A DNA stretch of 64,000 nucleotides from an uncultured Prochlorococcus sp. GTDB taxonomy: Bacteria > Cyanobacteriota > Cyanobacteriia > PCC-6307 > Cyanobiaceae. The stretch is from NCBI GenBank assembly GCA_902622625.1, contig CACNQS010000001.1:23942-87941 (forward strand), given 5' to 3'. Both the position numbers and the translations under genes were made by a program. Below the pieces are notes generated by a model, which saw only the letters and a program-made list of their open reading frames with translations, was not told where the DNA came from and ran no database searches. Of the stretch, positions 20,613-31,996 are shown piece after piece; positions within the stretch are counted from its first letter, which is position 1, and each line of letters begins with the position of its first letter.

Positions 20613-22286
20613 ATGAATAAACTCAGATCATCTGCAATAACCCAAGGTGTGCAAAGATCCCCTAACAGATCGATGTTAAGAGCTGTTGGATTTAATGATG
20701 AAGATTTTAATAAACCTATTATTGGAGTTGCAAATGGATACAGCACCATAACACCATGCAATATGGGTTTAAATAAGTTAGCTTTAAAAGCTGAAGAGTC
20801 AATAAAAAGATCAGGTGGGATGCCTCAGATGTTTGGGACTATAACAGTAAGTGATGGCATTTCTATGGGAACAGAGGGCATGAAATATTCCTTAGTTTCA
20901 AGAGAGGTTATTGCTGATTCAATTGAAACAGCATGCAATGCTCAGAGTATGGATGGTGTACTTGCTATAGGTGGATGTGATAAAAATATGCCGGGTGCCA
21001 TGATTGCAATTGCAAGAATGAATATTCCCTCAATTTTCATTTATGGAGGGACAATAAAGCCTGGGAAATTGCATGGAGAAGATCTTACTGTTGTTAGTGC
21101 ATTTGAAGCTGTTGGACAATTAACATCAGGCAAAATTAATGAAGAAAGGCTAATCCAAGTTGAGAAAAATTGTATTCCTGGAGCTGGTAGCTGTGGAGGA
21201 ATGTTTACAGCTAATACAATGTCTGCGGTTATTGAAGTATTAGGGTTAAGTCTTCCTCACAGTTCCACTATGGCCGCTGAAGATCTTGAAAAAGAACTAA
21301 GTGCAGATAAAAGTGCTGAGATATTAGTCTCTGCAATAGAAAAAGATATAAGACCTCTAGACCTAATGACAAAGAAAGCGTTTGAAAATGCAATATCAGT
21401 AATTATGGCAATTGGCGGATCAACAAATGCGGTATTGCACATCTTAGCTATCGCGAATACTGCAGGAATAGATATTAACATTAATGATTTTGAGAGAATC
21501 AGACAAAAAGTGCCCGTTATTTGTGACCTTAAACCGAGTGGTAAATATGTGACGGTGGATCTTCATAAGGCAGGTGGGATTCCACAAGTAATGAAAATAC
21601 TTTTGAATGCAGGATTAATTCATGGCGATTGCAAAAATATTGAAGGCAAAACCATCTCAGAATACTTACAAAATATTCCCGCTAAGCCTCCAACAAATCA
21701 AAATGTCATAAGAGACATAGATGACCCTCTTTATAAAAAAGGACATCTAGCGATATTAAAAGGTAACTTAGCGAGCGAAGGTTCTGTAGCCAAAATTAGC
21801 GGAGTAAAAAACCCTGTATTAACGGGTCCCGCAAAGATTTTTGAAAGTGAAGAGGATTGTTTAAAATCGATATTAAATAACGATATCAAAGCAGGTGATG
21901 TTGTTGTTATTAGAAACGAAGGTCCTGTAGGAGGTCCAGGCATGAGAGAAATGTTAGCTCCAACATCTGCGATTGTTGGTCAAGGCCTGGGAGAGAAGGT
22001 GGCTTTAATTACCGATGGCAGATTTAGCGGTGGTACCTATGGTCTTGTTGTGGGTCACATAGCTCCAGAGGCCGCTGTAGGAGGTAATATTGCTCTAATA
22101 AAACAAGGTGATTTAATTACAGTAGATGCTGTAAAACAACTAATTGAAGTTGATCTATCTGACGAAGAATTAGAAAAAAGAAAAAAAGATTGGGTAAAAC
22201 CTATTCAAAAATACAAAAGAGGAATTCTTTCAAAATATTCGAGAATCGTAAGCACATCAAGTTTAGGAGCTGTTACTGATTTATAA
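20613..22286 (+). CDS. ilvD: Dihydroxy-acid dehydratase
   Basis: [24 protein letters not shown] and TDGRFSG motifs. Confidence 0.98.
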   Translation: MNKLRSSAITQGVQRSPNRSMLRAVGFNDEDFNKPIIGVANGYSTITPCNMGLNKLALKAEESIKRSGGMPQMFGTITVSDGISMGTEGMKYSLVSREVIADSIETACNAQSMDGVLAIGGCDKNMPGAMIAIARMNIPSIFIYGGTIKPGKLHGEDLTVVSAFEAVGQLTSGKINEERLIQVEKNCIPGAGSCGGMFTANTMSAVIEVLGLSLPHSSTMAAEDLEKELSADKSAEILVSAIEKDIRPLDLMTKKAFENAISVIMAIGGSTNAVLHILAIANTAGIDININDFERIRQKVPVICDLKPSGKYVTVDLHKAGGIPQVMKILLNAGLIHGDCKNIEGKTISEYLQNIPAKPPTNQNVIRDIDDPLYKKGHLAILKGNLASEGSVAKISGVKNPVLTGPAKIFESEEDCLKSILNNDIKAGDVVVIRNEGPVGGPGMREMLAPTSAIVGQGLGEKVALITDGRFSGGTYGLVVGHIAPEAAVGGNIALIKQGDLITVDAVKQLIEVDLSDEELEKRKKDWVKPIQKYKRGILSKYSRIVSTSSLGAVTDL

Positions 22287-22292
22287 ATCAGC

Positions 22293-22694
22293 TCAAATTT
22301 TATTTTCATAATCAATAAAACTTTTTATCCTATTTGCTAAATTTTCCAATCTAGCGCTGTATTTTGGTGAGTTGCATTTTTTTCCATTATTGCTATCCAT
22401 CCATAAGGTTTTAACTCCACACCATAATATTGGTTCATCAGGGAAGTTAAGCTTAGAGATTACTAAAACCAACTCTTTATTTGATTTAAAAAGTTCTAAT
22501 TCAAGATCATAAATTTCTAATCTTTTACCTTCTTTATCTCGACATAAGATATTAACTGTTAAATCAATAGCTTCATCTTCGAATTCGTATTCACCATTTA
22601 TTTTTACTACAGAATGAACAAAAGGTTTATTTGTTAAATCCGCTGACTTAGCGATTAAGCTCTCTATATTTTTAGGTGAATTTTCAAATAACAC
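22293..22694 (-). CDS. Conserved hypothetical protein
   Basis: 133-aa ORF overlapping the end of the upstream CIA30 gene. Confidence 0.7.
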   Translation of the reverse strand: MLFENSPKNIESLIAKSADLTNKPFVHSVVKINGEYEFEDEAIDLTVNILCRDKEGKRLEIYDLELELFKSNKELVLVISKLNFPDEPILWCGVKTLWMDSNNGKKCNSPKYSARLENLANRIKSFIDYENKI

Positions 22695-23232
22695 TTATTG
22701 ATTTAATTAAAACTTTTATTGAACCCTGTTTAAACTCATTATTAAGTAATCCATCATCACCGAACTTAGAGTGTAGTAGTTGCAATCTTTTAATTTTAGA
22801 TGGCTTGAATTTAAATGGAAAACGTACTTTATTAGCTCTTACTGAAGGTTTTAACTCACTAAAAGGAATTTGAACATTTGTTGTCCCGAATTTTTTTGTT
22901 GGGAATGATTTAATCCATCTAAGTCCGCCCGGTATAAATTCGGTTAGTCCTAGTAGATCATCTTCACAAGCGACAGCAAATTTAAAAGTTCTTCCTTGTC
23001 CATCAATATTTAATTCAAAGGATGAATACTCAGATACATTTAAAGAAGGTTTATATATAGACGATCTACAACTAACAAATCCTCCTGCTTTCTCGACTAT
23101 GTTACCCTTTAATATCAAACCCGAATTTGAAATTTCACAAAAAGCTGAACTTGATCCACCCATAACAGTATCATTTAATGTTTTCCAACCATCGAACTCC
23201 TTTTTCTGGAATAAAAATTTTTTCTTACTCAT
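22684..23232 (-). CDS. CIA30 (complex I intermediate-associated) family protein
   Basis: WKTLNDTVMGGSS, GGFVSCR, GQGRTFK and SKF motifs. Confidence 0.9.
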   Translation of the reverse strand: MSKKKFLFQKKEFDGWKTLNDTVMGGSSSAFCEISNSGLILKGNIVEKAGGFVSCRSSIYKPSLNVSEYSSFELNIDGQGRTFKFAVACEDDLLGLTEFIPGGLRWIKSFPTKKFGTTNVQIPFSELKPSVRANKVRFPFKFKPSKIKRLQLLHSKFGDDGLLNNEFKQGSIKVLIKSISVI

Positions 23233-23262
23233 TAAATAATTTAAATTATTAATAGACTTTAA

Positions 23263-23991
23263 CTAAATTTCTAATTCTTTTGCTGATTCCTGATCACAAA
23301 ATATTGAAATTTGATTAATAGATTTTATTAATTTTGAGGGTGTCCTATCTGGTAGCTCTTTTTCATCTAATAACCTCTCAAGAGCAATTCTTTTAGAAGC
23401 TCCACTAACTAAAAATACTATCTTTGAAGAAGCTGAAAGAGCCTTTGGAGTTAATGAAATTCTTTTTAAACCTTTTCCTTCATTAAAAATAACAAAATCA
23501 TCTACATTATTATTTTTTTGATAAGGGAATAGTGAGGCTGTATGACCATCGTCTCCAAGACCTAATAATGTTAAATCAAAAGTTGGAGGGTTTGATCCAC
23601 ATTTTTCAAATAATTTAGAAATAAATTGATTTTTTGTAGCCTCATCATCAGCATTTAAATCATTAAAAATTTCATAAAAAAAAGCTTTGGATCCAAAATT
23701 AGTTAACAATGAATTCTTCAACATTAACGAGTTACTCAATTCTGAATTTGGATCAACACATCTTTCATCCCCTAAAAAGACATCAACCATATCCCATCTA
23801 AGATCACTTTTTGATAAAAGCTTATAGACAGATTTAGGAGTTGAACCTCCACTTACACAAAATTTGAACCTGTCTTTCTTTTTTAAAGTATGAATAATGT
23901 GACTTTCAATAAACTTAAAAACCGCTGTAGAAAGCTCTAACTTGTCTTTATAAATGTTAAGTGTAAATCCATTTTTAACCTTTTCAATCAT
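23263..23991 (-). CDS. pgl: 6-phosphogluconolactonase
   Basis: SGGSTP, GDERCV and LGLGDDGHTASLFP motifs. Start placed at the ATG overlapping the gnd stop (ATGA). Confidence 0.95.
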   Translation of the reverse strand: MIEKVKNGFTLNIYKDKLELSTAVFKFIESHIIHTLKKKDRFKFCVSGGSTPKSVYKLLSKSDLRWDMVDVFLGDERCVDPNSELSNSLMLKNSLLTNFGSKAFFYEIFNDLNADDEATKNQFISKLFEKCGSNPPTFDLTLLGLGDDGHTASLFPYQKNNNVDDFVIFNEGKGLKRISLTPKALSASSKIVFLVSGASKRIALERLLDEKELPDRTPSKLIKSINQISIFCDQESAKELEI

Positions 23992-25406
23992 TTCATCCAT
24001 TCAGTATGAAAACTACCTTCCTTATCAATTCTTTCATATGTATGAGAGCCAAAACAATCTCTCATTGCCTGAACAAGGTTCTGAGGAAGTCTATTGGTTC
24101 TATAACTATTCAAATAATCTAAGGTACTGGATAGACATGGGACTGGTATACCAGCTTTTGTGGATAAAGAAACGACTTTAGCTAAGTTATCTAATCTTGT
24201 CGCAATTTCATTATTGAACCAATCATCAAAAATTAAATTTTTTAGATTAGGATCTTTGTTGTAAGCATCTTGAATTTTACTTAATAATTTTGATCTAATT
24301 ATGCAACCACCTTTCCATATTTGAGCAATTGACGGCATACTCAAACCATAGTTATATACTGCAGATGCTTCTCTTAAAATGTCCATACCCTGGGCATAGC
24401 TAGCAATTGTGGCAAGGACTACAGCATCAAATAAAGGTTTCATTCCATCTGATATATTTCCTAAATCAAAATCCTCTATCTCTTTAGATGGAATAGTTTT
24501 TTCAATCTCACTACGTTGCTCTTTTAAAGAACTCATTACTCTTGCATTTAAAGATGCATAAATAGTTGGGACTGACACCCCCAGTTCTAGAGCACTTACA
24601 ACAGTCCATAACCCTGTTCCTTTCTGACCAGCTTTATCTAATATTTTTTCCACGACATCATCTCCAGTCATCTCATCTTTTGTATTTAGACAAATCTCTG
24701 TTATCTCAACAAGATAAGAAGCTAATTCATCAGTATTATTCCAAATACCAAATACCTCTGACATTTGCTGACCGTTCATACCTTTGACTCTCTTCATAAG
24801 GTCATAAGCTTCTGCGAGTATTTGTTCAATTCCATATTCAATTCCGTTATGAACAGTTTTCACAAAATGACCTGAGCCTCCTGGTCCAACATATGCAACA
24901 CATGGTCCATCTTCAACTTTGGCAGCCATTTTTGTTAATAAGCTTTCTATTGCATCATATGAAGCCTTAGTACCACCGGGCATCATACTTGGACCCTCTA
25001 AAGCTCCTTTAGCCCCTCCAGAGACTCCCATCCCAATGTATCCAAAACTTTTACTTTCAAGAGTATTCACCCTTCTTTCTGTATCTTTAAATTGAGAGTT
25101 GCCGCCATCTATTAATAAATCTCCTTCCTCGAGATATCCAGAAATATTATCAATGACAGCATCTGTTGCGGGCCCAGCTTTTACCATCATTAGAATTCTT
25201 CTAGGTCTCTCTAGCTTATTAACAAATTCTTGAAGAGTTTCAGCTCCTTCTATATTCTTACCAAGGCCACGTCCTTGTAAAAATTCTTCGGTTTTTGAGT
25301 AAGTCCTATTAAAAACTACACTAGAAAATCCATTTCTCTCTGCGTTAAGAACTAAATTTTCGCCCATAACACCAAGACCTATTAAACCAAAATGTGCCTT
25401 GGACAT
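23988..25406 (-). CDS. gnd: 6-phosphogluconate dehydrogenase (NADP+, decarboxylating)
   Basis: GLGVMG, KTVHNGIEY and QAMRDCFGSH motifs. Confidence 0.98.
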   Translation of the reverse strand: MSKAHFGLIGLGVMGENLVLNAERNGFSSVVFNRTYSKTEEFLQGRGLGKNIEGAETLQEFVNKLERPRRILMMVKAGPATDAVIDNISGYLEEGDLLIDGGNSQFKDTERRVNTLESKSFGYIGMGVSGGAKGALEGPSMMPGGTKASYDAIESLLTKMAAKVEDGPCVAYVGPGGSGHFVKTVHNGIEYGIEQILAEAYDLMKRVKGMNGQQMSEVFGIWNNTDELASYLVEITEICLNTKDEMTGDDVVEKILDKAGQKGTGLWTVVSALELGVSVPTIYASLNARVMSSLKEQRSEIEKTIPSKEIEDFDLGNISDGMKPLFDAVVLATIASYAQGMDILREASAVYNYGLSMPSIAQIWKGGCIIRSKLLSKIQDAYNKDPNLKNLIFDDWFNNEIATRLDNLAKVVSLSTKAGIPVPCLSSTLDYLNSYRTNRLPQNLVQAMRDCFGSHTYERIDKEGSFHTEWMK

Positions 25407-25500
25407 AAAAAATTAAAAACTCAATAAATACAGTGTGCCTGCAACTCAACAAAATTGCTCAAAAAAATTACTTATGTCAGCGAAAAATGATGGAAAAGAT

Positions 25501-26796
25501 TTAAATAACAGTTCCATTTGCAATAGTTGCATTTTTAACTACTACAACAATTCCATTTCTGATATAAAAGCCTAATTCTGGCTTATCTGCTTCTTCTACT
25601 CGATCTTTATTAATGATCACGACATTATCGCCAATTCTTGTATTCTTATCAAGAATTGCTCTTTTTACAGTAGTCCCTTCACCTACTCCAAGAGGCGTTC
25701 CACCCCCTTTTCTTAATTCAATCCTCTCTTCAGGGGATTCAAAGAAATCGGCTCCCATAACAAGAGTATCCTCAAGAACCGAGTCGCTTTCAATCCTGCT
25801 TCTTACACCTAAAACACAATGTAAAATACTGCATGACTTCAAGATTGTGCCTTCACAAACAATTGAATCTGTAATTTGAGCATCTACAAGTTTAGAAGGG
25901 GGTAAAAATCTAGGTCTAGTATAAATTGGAAATTTCTCATCATAAAAACTAAATGGAGGTTTTGGTTGCTCAGTCAATGCAAGGTTTGACTCAAAGAATG
26001 CCCCAATTGTGCCGATATCTTCCCAATAATCATCGAATACATAACTTTTAAGTGTATCGCCTCTATTGAGGGCTTCTGGAATTATGTCCTTACCAAAATC
26101 CGTATAATTAGGAAATTTATTTAGAAGATCGAAAAGAGTATTTCTGCTAAAAACGTAAATCCCCATAGAGGCTAGATATGGTTTTTCGGAAGCTGACTCC
26201 TTACTTAATCCAAATTTTGAAGTATCCACTGCCATAGCCTTCAACTTCTCTCCAGAAGGCTTTTCACTAAATTCTTTTATATTTCCTACATCATCAGTTC
26301 TCATTAGGCCAAAACCTTCTGCTTGAGCTTCATCGACAGGCAAAGCTGCAACAGTTAAATCAGCACCATTATCTCTATGATGTTGAACAAATAAACTGTA
26401 GTCCATTCTGTACAGTTGATCACCTGACAATATTAAATATTCATCAACATCCCATTCTTGAAATAACCATTGGTATTTTCTTACAGCATCTGCAGTACCT
26501 TCAAACCACTTCGGACTATCTGGAGTCTGTTGTGCAGCTAAAACCTCCACAAATCCTTGGCCAAAAGGGCCATTTAAATTGTAGGTTCTTCCTATATGTC
26601 TATTTAGAGATGCACTATTGAACTGGGTCAATACGTACATTTTTTCAATGCCTGAATTAATACAATTACTAATCGGAATATCTATCAAACGATACTTACC
26701 TGCCAATGGCACAGCAGGTTTAGCCCTCATTTTTGTTAAAGGGTAAAGTCTAGAACCTTTTCCTCCTCCGAGGATTATGGCCAACACACGCTTCAT
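25501..26796 (-). CDS. glgC: Glucose-1-phosphate adenylyltransferase
   Basis: [24 protein letters not shown] and YWEDIGT motifs. Confidence 0.98.
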   Translation of the reverse strand: MKRVLAIILGGGKGSRLYPLTKMRAKPAVPLAGKYRLIDIPISNCINSGIEKMYVLTQFNSASLNRHIGRTYNLNGPFGQGFVEVLAAQQTPDSPKWFEGTADAVRKYQWLFQEWDVDEYLILSGDQLYRMDYSLFVQHHRDNGADLTVAALPVDEAQAEGFGLMRTDDVGNIKEFSEKPSGEKLKAMAVDTSKFGLSKESASEKPYLASMGIYVFSRNTLFDLLNKFPNYTDFGKDIIPEALNRGDTLKSYVFDDYWEDIGTIGAFFESNLALTEQPKPPFSFYDEKFPIYTRPRFLPPSKLVDAQITDSIVCEGTILKSCSILHCVLGVRSRIESDSVLEDTLVMGADFFESPEERIELRKGGGTPLGVGEGTTVKRAILDKNTRIGDNVVIINKDRVEEADKPELGFYIRNGIVVVVKNATIANGTVI

Positions 26797-26926
26797 TCAA
26801 TCTAATGGAGGTAGATATACAACTATTTAAAGTAACTGATTATGGGCATATTTAGAAATACAAATGGTCAGTTTACAAAGGTATTTCGATAAATCACTGG
26901 AAAAACTTAATATAAATCTAAAAAAG

Positions 26927-28237
26927 TTAGTTATTTTTATCCTCTTCTACCAAAGAAAACAATTTTTCAACGATTTTCAAAGAAACTTGTCTTTCTTCTC
27001 TTGATTGAGGACTTCTCAACTTAGTGACCGGCGTATGAAGTATCTTATTAATTATTCCTTTAGTCAGAGCTTCCACAACTTTTCTTTCTCTAGCCGAAAA
27101 ATCTGGTCCCATTCTGCTAAGTGCTTTTTGCAATTCCTCTTTTCTAATTAACTCCAAATCTGATCTAAGTTTATTAATTACTGGAACGGCCTCTAAACTT
27201 GCCCACCATTCTAGAAAAATGATCCTTTCTTCTTCTACTAAAGATTCCGCTTCCTTTGCTATTTTTTGTCTAAATTCCTGATTTCTTGAAACGACCTCTT
27301 GTAAGTCATCGACATCAAATGATTTAACAAATTCATGTTGTTTTACATCATTAGATATATTTCTCGGTACACCAATATCAATTAATTTAAGTCTATTACT
27401 CAAATTTATTTTTTCAATTTTTGTGAGATCAATAATTGGCTCTTCAGAAGCAGTACTGGTGAAAACAAGCGAAGATAATGATATGTTTTCTTCTAATTCG
27501 TTTAATCCTTTACAAACAATCTCTAAATCAGGGAAGTCTTGAGAAAGATTTAATGCTCTATCAATATTTCTATTTAAAAGGATAAGTTTATGACATCCTT
27601 TTGATTTTAAATGAGTTATTAAAAGCCTACTCATTCGCCCGGCTCCAACAACAAGAACGTTCTCTGATTCCAAACTTACAAGAGTATCAAATCCTTTTTC
27701 TTGTCCAATTTTTAATTGAGCTAGTTCTACCGCCGCTGAACTGATTGACACAGCTCCAGTTCCTAAATTTGTTTCGGATCTTACTTTTTTACCTGTACTA
27801 ACTGATTGAGTTAATAATCTATTAAGAATTGGTCCAGTAGACTGATTCTCTTGACCTAATCTCATCATTTTTTTTACCTGCGAAAGGATTTGTCCCTCCC
27901 CTAAAACGAGGCTATCGAGTCCTGCCGAGACTTTCATCAAATGCAAAACTGCTTCTTCTTGTCTAAAGCAAAAAAGATGTGGATTTAAATCTTCAAAAAT
28001 AATTCCAGAATATTCTGATATGAATTCTTTAATAGATGAAATCCCAGTATTTTTATCCTTTACTAGCGCATATATTTCCAGCCTATTACAAGTACTTAAA
28101 ATTGCCACCTCTAATACATCAGAGAAAGCTTTTAATGCTTTCAATGACTCTGTTATGGATTGGTCAGGAATACTTAACTTCTCACGCACTTCGACAGGTG
28201 CCGTGCGATGACTCAGTCCGACGACAACAATATGCAT
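26927..28237 (-). CDS. hemA: Glutamyl-tRNA reductase
   Basis: STCNRLE, GLDSLVLGEGQILSQV and GAGRM motifs. Confidence 0.98.
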   Translation of the reverse strand: MHIVVVGLSHRTAPVEVREKLSIPDQSITESLKALKAFSDVLEVAILSTCNRLEIYALVKDKNTGISSIKEFISEYSGIIFEDLNPHLFCFRQEEAVLHLMKVSAGLDSLVLGEGQILSQVKKMMRLGQENQSTGPILNRLLTQSVSTGKKVRSETNLGTGAVSISSAAVELAQLKIGQEKGFDTLVSLESENVLVVGAGRMSRLLITHLKSKGCHKLILLNRNIDRALNLSQDFPDLEIVCKGLNELEENISLSSLVFTSTASEEPIIDLTKIEKINLSNRLKLIDIGVPRNISNDVKQHEFVKSFDVDDLQEVVSRNQEFRQKIAKEAESLVEEERIIFLEWWASLEAVPVINKLRSDLELIRKEELQKALSRMGPDFSARERKVVEALTKGIINKILHTPVTKLRSPQSREERQVSLKIVEKLFSLVEEDKNN

Positions 28238-28255
28238 AAAATCAAAAGTGAATTT

Positions 28256-29257
28256 TTAAAGGCTGATACTCTTAGCACCATCTTTTATATGGACAGTATT
28301 TGTGAACCTTGCAGTACTATCTAATGTACTAATAACTAGACTACTTGTTCTAACACAATCCCTTTCAAATTTAACTCCGTCAAATAATAATCCATCAGTT
28401 ATTCCACTTCCAGCGAAAACAACATTTTCTCCCGATGCCAATTCATTTGCTTCATAGATTTTATCTATATCTGTTATGCCCATTTCATTAAGACGTTTTA
28501 TATTTCCTTCTTTTGTGTAATCAGCCCATTCAGAAGTTTGAGCGATTGCTGGATCATAAACTAGTTGTCCTTGAAAATGTCCGCCGAGAGCTCTCATTGC
28601 AGCGGCTGAAATAACACCCTCTGGAGCTGCACCTATACCCATCAAGCAATGTGTTCCAGTTCCTGCAAAACCGCATGCAATCGCAGCTTGAACATCACCA
28701 TCAGAAATCGGTTGTACTTTTGCACCACATCCTCGAATCTCTTTAATTAAATCTTTATGTCTAGTTCTATCCATTACAACTACAGTAAGCTCATCAATAG
28801 AAAGGCCCAAGCAATCACTTAGTATCTTCAAGTTTTGAGTAGCCGAATTTCTAATATCTACTTTACCTTTGGCCGCAGGAGGCGCTGCTAATTTGTTCAT
28901 GTAAAAATCGGGCGCATTGAAGAGACCACCCGTATCAGAGGCAGCTAAAACCGCCATAGAACCTCTTTGATTATTCGCACAAAGATTTGTTCCTTCACAA
29001 GGATCTACTGCAAAGTCAACCCCTGGGCCATTTCCACTACCAACCTCTTCACCTATATAAAGCATAGGTGCTTCATCTCTTTCACCTTCTCCAATAACAA
29101 TTTTCCCTTTCATTTCAATTTTGCCCATTCGCAATCTCATTGCTTCTACAGCTGCAGCATCAGCTTCATCTTTTTGACCAAGCCCTGTGAGTTTTGCTGA
29201 GGCAATAGCTGCTTGCTCGACAACTTCGAGAATTTCTTGAATTAAAGTTTGATTCAC
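28256..29257 (-). CDS. glpX: Bifunctional fructose-1,6/sedoheptulose-1,7-bisphosphatase
   Basis: [18 protein letters not shown] and APEGV motifs. Confidence 0.97.
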   Translation of the reverse strand: MNQTLIQEILEVVEQAAIASAKLTGLGQKDEADAAAVEAMRLRMGKIEMKGKIVIGEGERDEAPMLYIGEEVGSGNGPGVDFAVDPCEGTNLCANNQRGSMAVLAASDTGGLFNAPDFYMNKLAAPPAAKGKVDIRNSATQNLKILSDCLGLSIDELTVVVMDRTRHKDLIKEIRGCGAKVQPISDGDVQAAIACGFAGTGTHCLMGIGAAPEGVISAAAMRALGGHFQGQLVYDPAIAQTSEWADYTKEGNIKRLNEMGITDIDKIYEANELASGENVVFAGSGITDGLLFDGVKFERDCVRTSSLVISTLDSTARFTNTVHIKDGAKSISL

Positions 29258-29297
29258 AATTAAATTTTGAGGATTTTCTTAAAGGTTTTGAGTATGA

Positions 29298-29325
29298 TCT
29301 CATAAAAATGTAATTTTTTATGAGA
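29298..29325. promoter_or_regulatory. Perfect 11-bp inverted repeat in the glpX/rpe divergent intergenic region
   Basis: TCTCATAAAAA-tgtaat-TTTTTATGAGA read directly; function unknown. Confidence 0.45.
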
Positions 29326-29443
29326 ATTATTATGCTAGTAAGCTTTTTTTAACTCTTTACAGCTGATACTTTATCAGGCCGTGACTTGAAATTAGGAATA
29401 AACAACTAAATATAGTATCTTTATTAAATATTTTAAAAATTAA

Positions 29444-30202
29444 ATGACTGAGTCAAATCAAACAATTTTAGATGGTGTTAATAGACCAATTCAAATAATT
29501 CCTTCAGTTTTACCAGCAGATTGGGCAAATATGGGGGGATGTGTGAAAGAGCTGGAGGAAGCTGGGGTAGATAGAATTCAATTTGATGTAATGGATGGGA
29601 ATTTCGTGCCAAATCTTACATTCGGTCCTGAAATGATTGCGGCATGCAGGAAATATTGCAATGTCCCTTTTGAAACTCAATTAATGGTGAGTCAATACAA
29701 CTGTGAAACCATGCTTGAATCTTATGTAAACGCTACAAAGGGAGCGAATGGTGAACCAGGAGTAGTAATAGCTCATGCCGAAGCAAATATTCATTTGCAT
29801 AGAGTTCTCGGAAGAATAAGAGATTTAGGAGGATCTCCTTCTGTTGCATTAAACCCTCATACTCCTTTTGAAATGATTAAAAACATTATGGATATGGTTG
29901 ACCATGTTTTAGTTATGACAGTTAATCCAGGATTTGGCGGACAAGCTTATATACCAACAATGCTTAATAAGATCAGAGAAATAAGAAACTTTGTTATCGA
30001 AAAAAACTTAAATGTCGACATTGAAGTTGATGGAGGAATAAAAGCAAATTGGACTATTTCACAATGTGCAGATGCTGGAGCTAATTGTTTTATTGCAGGT
30101 AGTGGAATGTTTGCTTACCCAACATTAAAAGAGGGATGTGATGACTTGAGAAAAGTTGCACAAGAAGCTCAAAAGGGGAATGTTCTCTCTGAACCTCAAT
30201 AA
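29444..30202 (+). CDS. rpe: Ribulose-phosphate 3-epimerase with atypical metal ligands
   Basis: PSVLPAD, DVMDGNFVPNLTFG, MTVNPGFGGQ, EVDGGI and AGS motifs. Confidence 0.95.
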   Translation: MTESNQTILDGVNRPIQIIPSVLPADWANMGGCVKELEEAGVDRIQFDVMDGNFVPNLTFGPEMIAACRKYCNVPFETQLMVSQYNCETMLESYVNATKGANGEPGVVIAHAEANIHLHRVLGRIRDLGGSPSVALNPHTPFEMIKNIMDMVDHVLVMTVNPGFGGQAYIPTMLNKIREIRNFVIEKNLNVDIEVDGGIKANWTISQCADAGANCFIAGSGMFAYPTLKEGCDDLRKVAQEAQKGNVLSEPQ

Positions 30203-30223
30203 ATATTCTGGGAGATTAACAAA

Positions 30224-31153
30224 TCACCCAAATATCCAGCCATAACTATGTAACCCTATTCCTAAGAAATTAACTCCTAAATAACATACTAAAACTACTA
30301 AAAAGCCTGTAGATGCTAATAATGCTGGTCTACGCCCTTGCCAACCCTTGCTTATTCTCATATGCAGATAAGCAGCATAAAATAACCATGAGATAAATGC
30401 CCATGTTTCTTTTGGATCCCAACTCCACCATGTGCCCCAAGCCTCATTAGCCCAGACAGCACCTGAAATTAAACCAAGAGTTAAAAGAACAAAGCCGATT
30501 AATATAGAACGATAACTTAATGTATCTAATTCTTCTGAATGAGAAAATTCAATAGGTTCAACTAAATCAGTTACAGGATAGCTGTTTGAAAGTTTAAATC
30601 CTCCTATACCTGTAGAACTACTTCTGATTTGAAGTGGCTTATTTTTATTAATAAACAATACGGACATTGAAAGTAAAGAACCTATTATTAATGCTGCATA
30701 ACTAAGCATTACAACACTAACATGCATTACTAACCAACTAGACCTTAAAGCTGGAACTAAGTTGGACGATAATTTCAAATCCTCAGGTAAAACAAAACAA
30801 GCAAAAGCCACAGTCAGTAACTCAATAGGTATAGCAATTGAGGGAATTATTGGGGCTTGATATTCTCTTTCAACCAATAGTTGACCTAATGTGATACCCC
30901 AAGTAAGGAAATAAAGAGATTCATACAAATTGCTGATAGGAAAGTGCCCAGAAATAGACCACCTAAAAAGTAATTGTAATGTTATCAATAAGTTCACTAA
31001 AATCGTAATAAGTCTTACAGCGGAAGAAGACTTTTTTTTAAAAACTGCACTCAAAGATATTGGTAAGTTAATTAATAAAAAATAAAAAACTAAAAGACCT
31101 AAAACTGAAACCGGTTCATATAATAAATTTTTAAAAAAATTATCCAGTATCAT
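30224..31153 (-). CDS. ccsA: Cytochrome c biogenesis protein CcsA/CcsB (system II heme lyase subunit)
   Basis: GHFPISNLYES and WANEAWGTWWSWDPKETW (WWD domain). Confidence 0.96.
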   Translation of the reverse strand: MILDNFFKNLLYEPVSVLGLLVFYFLLINLPISLSAVFKKKSSSAVRLITILVNLLITLQLLFRWSISGHFPISNLYESLYFLTWGITLGQLLVEREYQAPIIPSIAIPIELLTVAFACFVLPEDLKLSSNLVPALRSSWLVMHVSVVMLSYAALIIGSLLSMSVLFINKNKPLQIRSSSTGIGGFKLSNSYPVTDLVEPIEFSHSEELDTLSYRSILIGFVLLTLGLISGAVWANEAWGTWWSWDPKETWAFISWLFYAAYLHMRISKGWQGRRPALLASTGFLVVLVCYLGVNFLGIGLHSYGWIFG

Positions 31154-31267
31154 TTCTAGAAATTTATCAAGTTTAAATATTTAATGACAACCAAATAATA
31201 ATTAAAATCATCCATATATGAGTAAATCTTTAATATTAAAGTTTTAATTTATTTTTTATAAAGTAAT

Positions 31268-31996
31268 TCAAAGTTTGAAATTATCACCTAGATAATACTT
31301 TTTGACTATTGGATTATCAGCCAATTTACTTGATGAACCGTAAGCTAAAATTTTTCCTTCACTTAATACATAAGATTTGTTAGTAATTAGAAGGGTTTCC
31401 CTCACATTATGGTCTGTAATGAGAATCCCAACCCCATCACTACTTAATTTAAGAATTAGTTTCTTTAGATCATTAACAGCTAGAGGATCGATCCCAGCAA
31501 AAGGTTCATCTAATAACAAATATTTAGGTCCTTTTCTGCCTAAAGTGAGAGCCCTAGCTATTTCACACCTCCTCCTCTCTCCTCCTGAAAGTTGATAACC
31601 ATAATTATCTACAAAATTATTTAAATTAAATTCATTAATTAATTGTTCTCTTCTATTTCTTATAGCTGCCTTACTATAAGATGAATTTTGTAAAGCCAAA
31701 TCTATATTATCCTTAACAGTGAGGTCTCTAAATATACTCGCTTCCTGAGTTAAGTACCCTAACCCAAGTCTTGATCTAATTGGTAGAGGAAGATTAGTTA
31801 TATTTTTCCCATTCATTAAAATTACACCTCTATCTGGTTTTATATTCCCAACTGCAAGATTAAAAGTTGTAGTTTTCCCAGCACCATTAGGTCCCATCAA
31901 ACCAACAACTTCCCCAGGCTTAACAATTATGGAAACATCATTTACGATTAATCTTCCTTTAATAGAAAGGGATACATTATGAATATTTAGGTTCAT
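31268..31996 (-). CDS. lptB: LPS export ABC transporter ATP-binding protein
   Basis: GPNGAGKTT, YLTQEASIFR, LSGGERRRCEIAR, DEPFAGIDP and ITDHNVRETL; LptB-specific signature. Confidence 0.93.
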   Translation of the reverse strand: MNLNIHNVSLSIKGRLIVNDVSIIVKPGEVVGLMGPNGAGKTTTFNLAVGNIKPDRGVILMNGKNITNLPLPIRSRLGLGYLTQEASIFRDLTVKDNIDLALQNSSYSKAAIRNRREQLINEFNLNNFVDNYGYQLSGGERRRCEIARALTLGRKGPKYLLLDEPFAGIDPLAVNDLKKLILKLSSDGVGILITDHNVRETLLITNKSYVLSEGKILAYGSSSKLADNPIVKKYYLGDNFKL

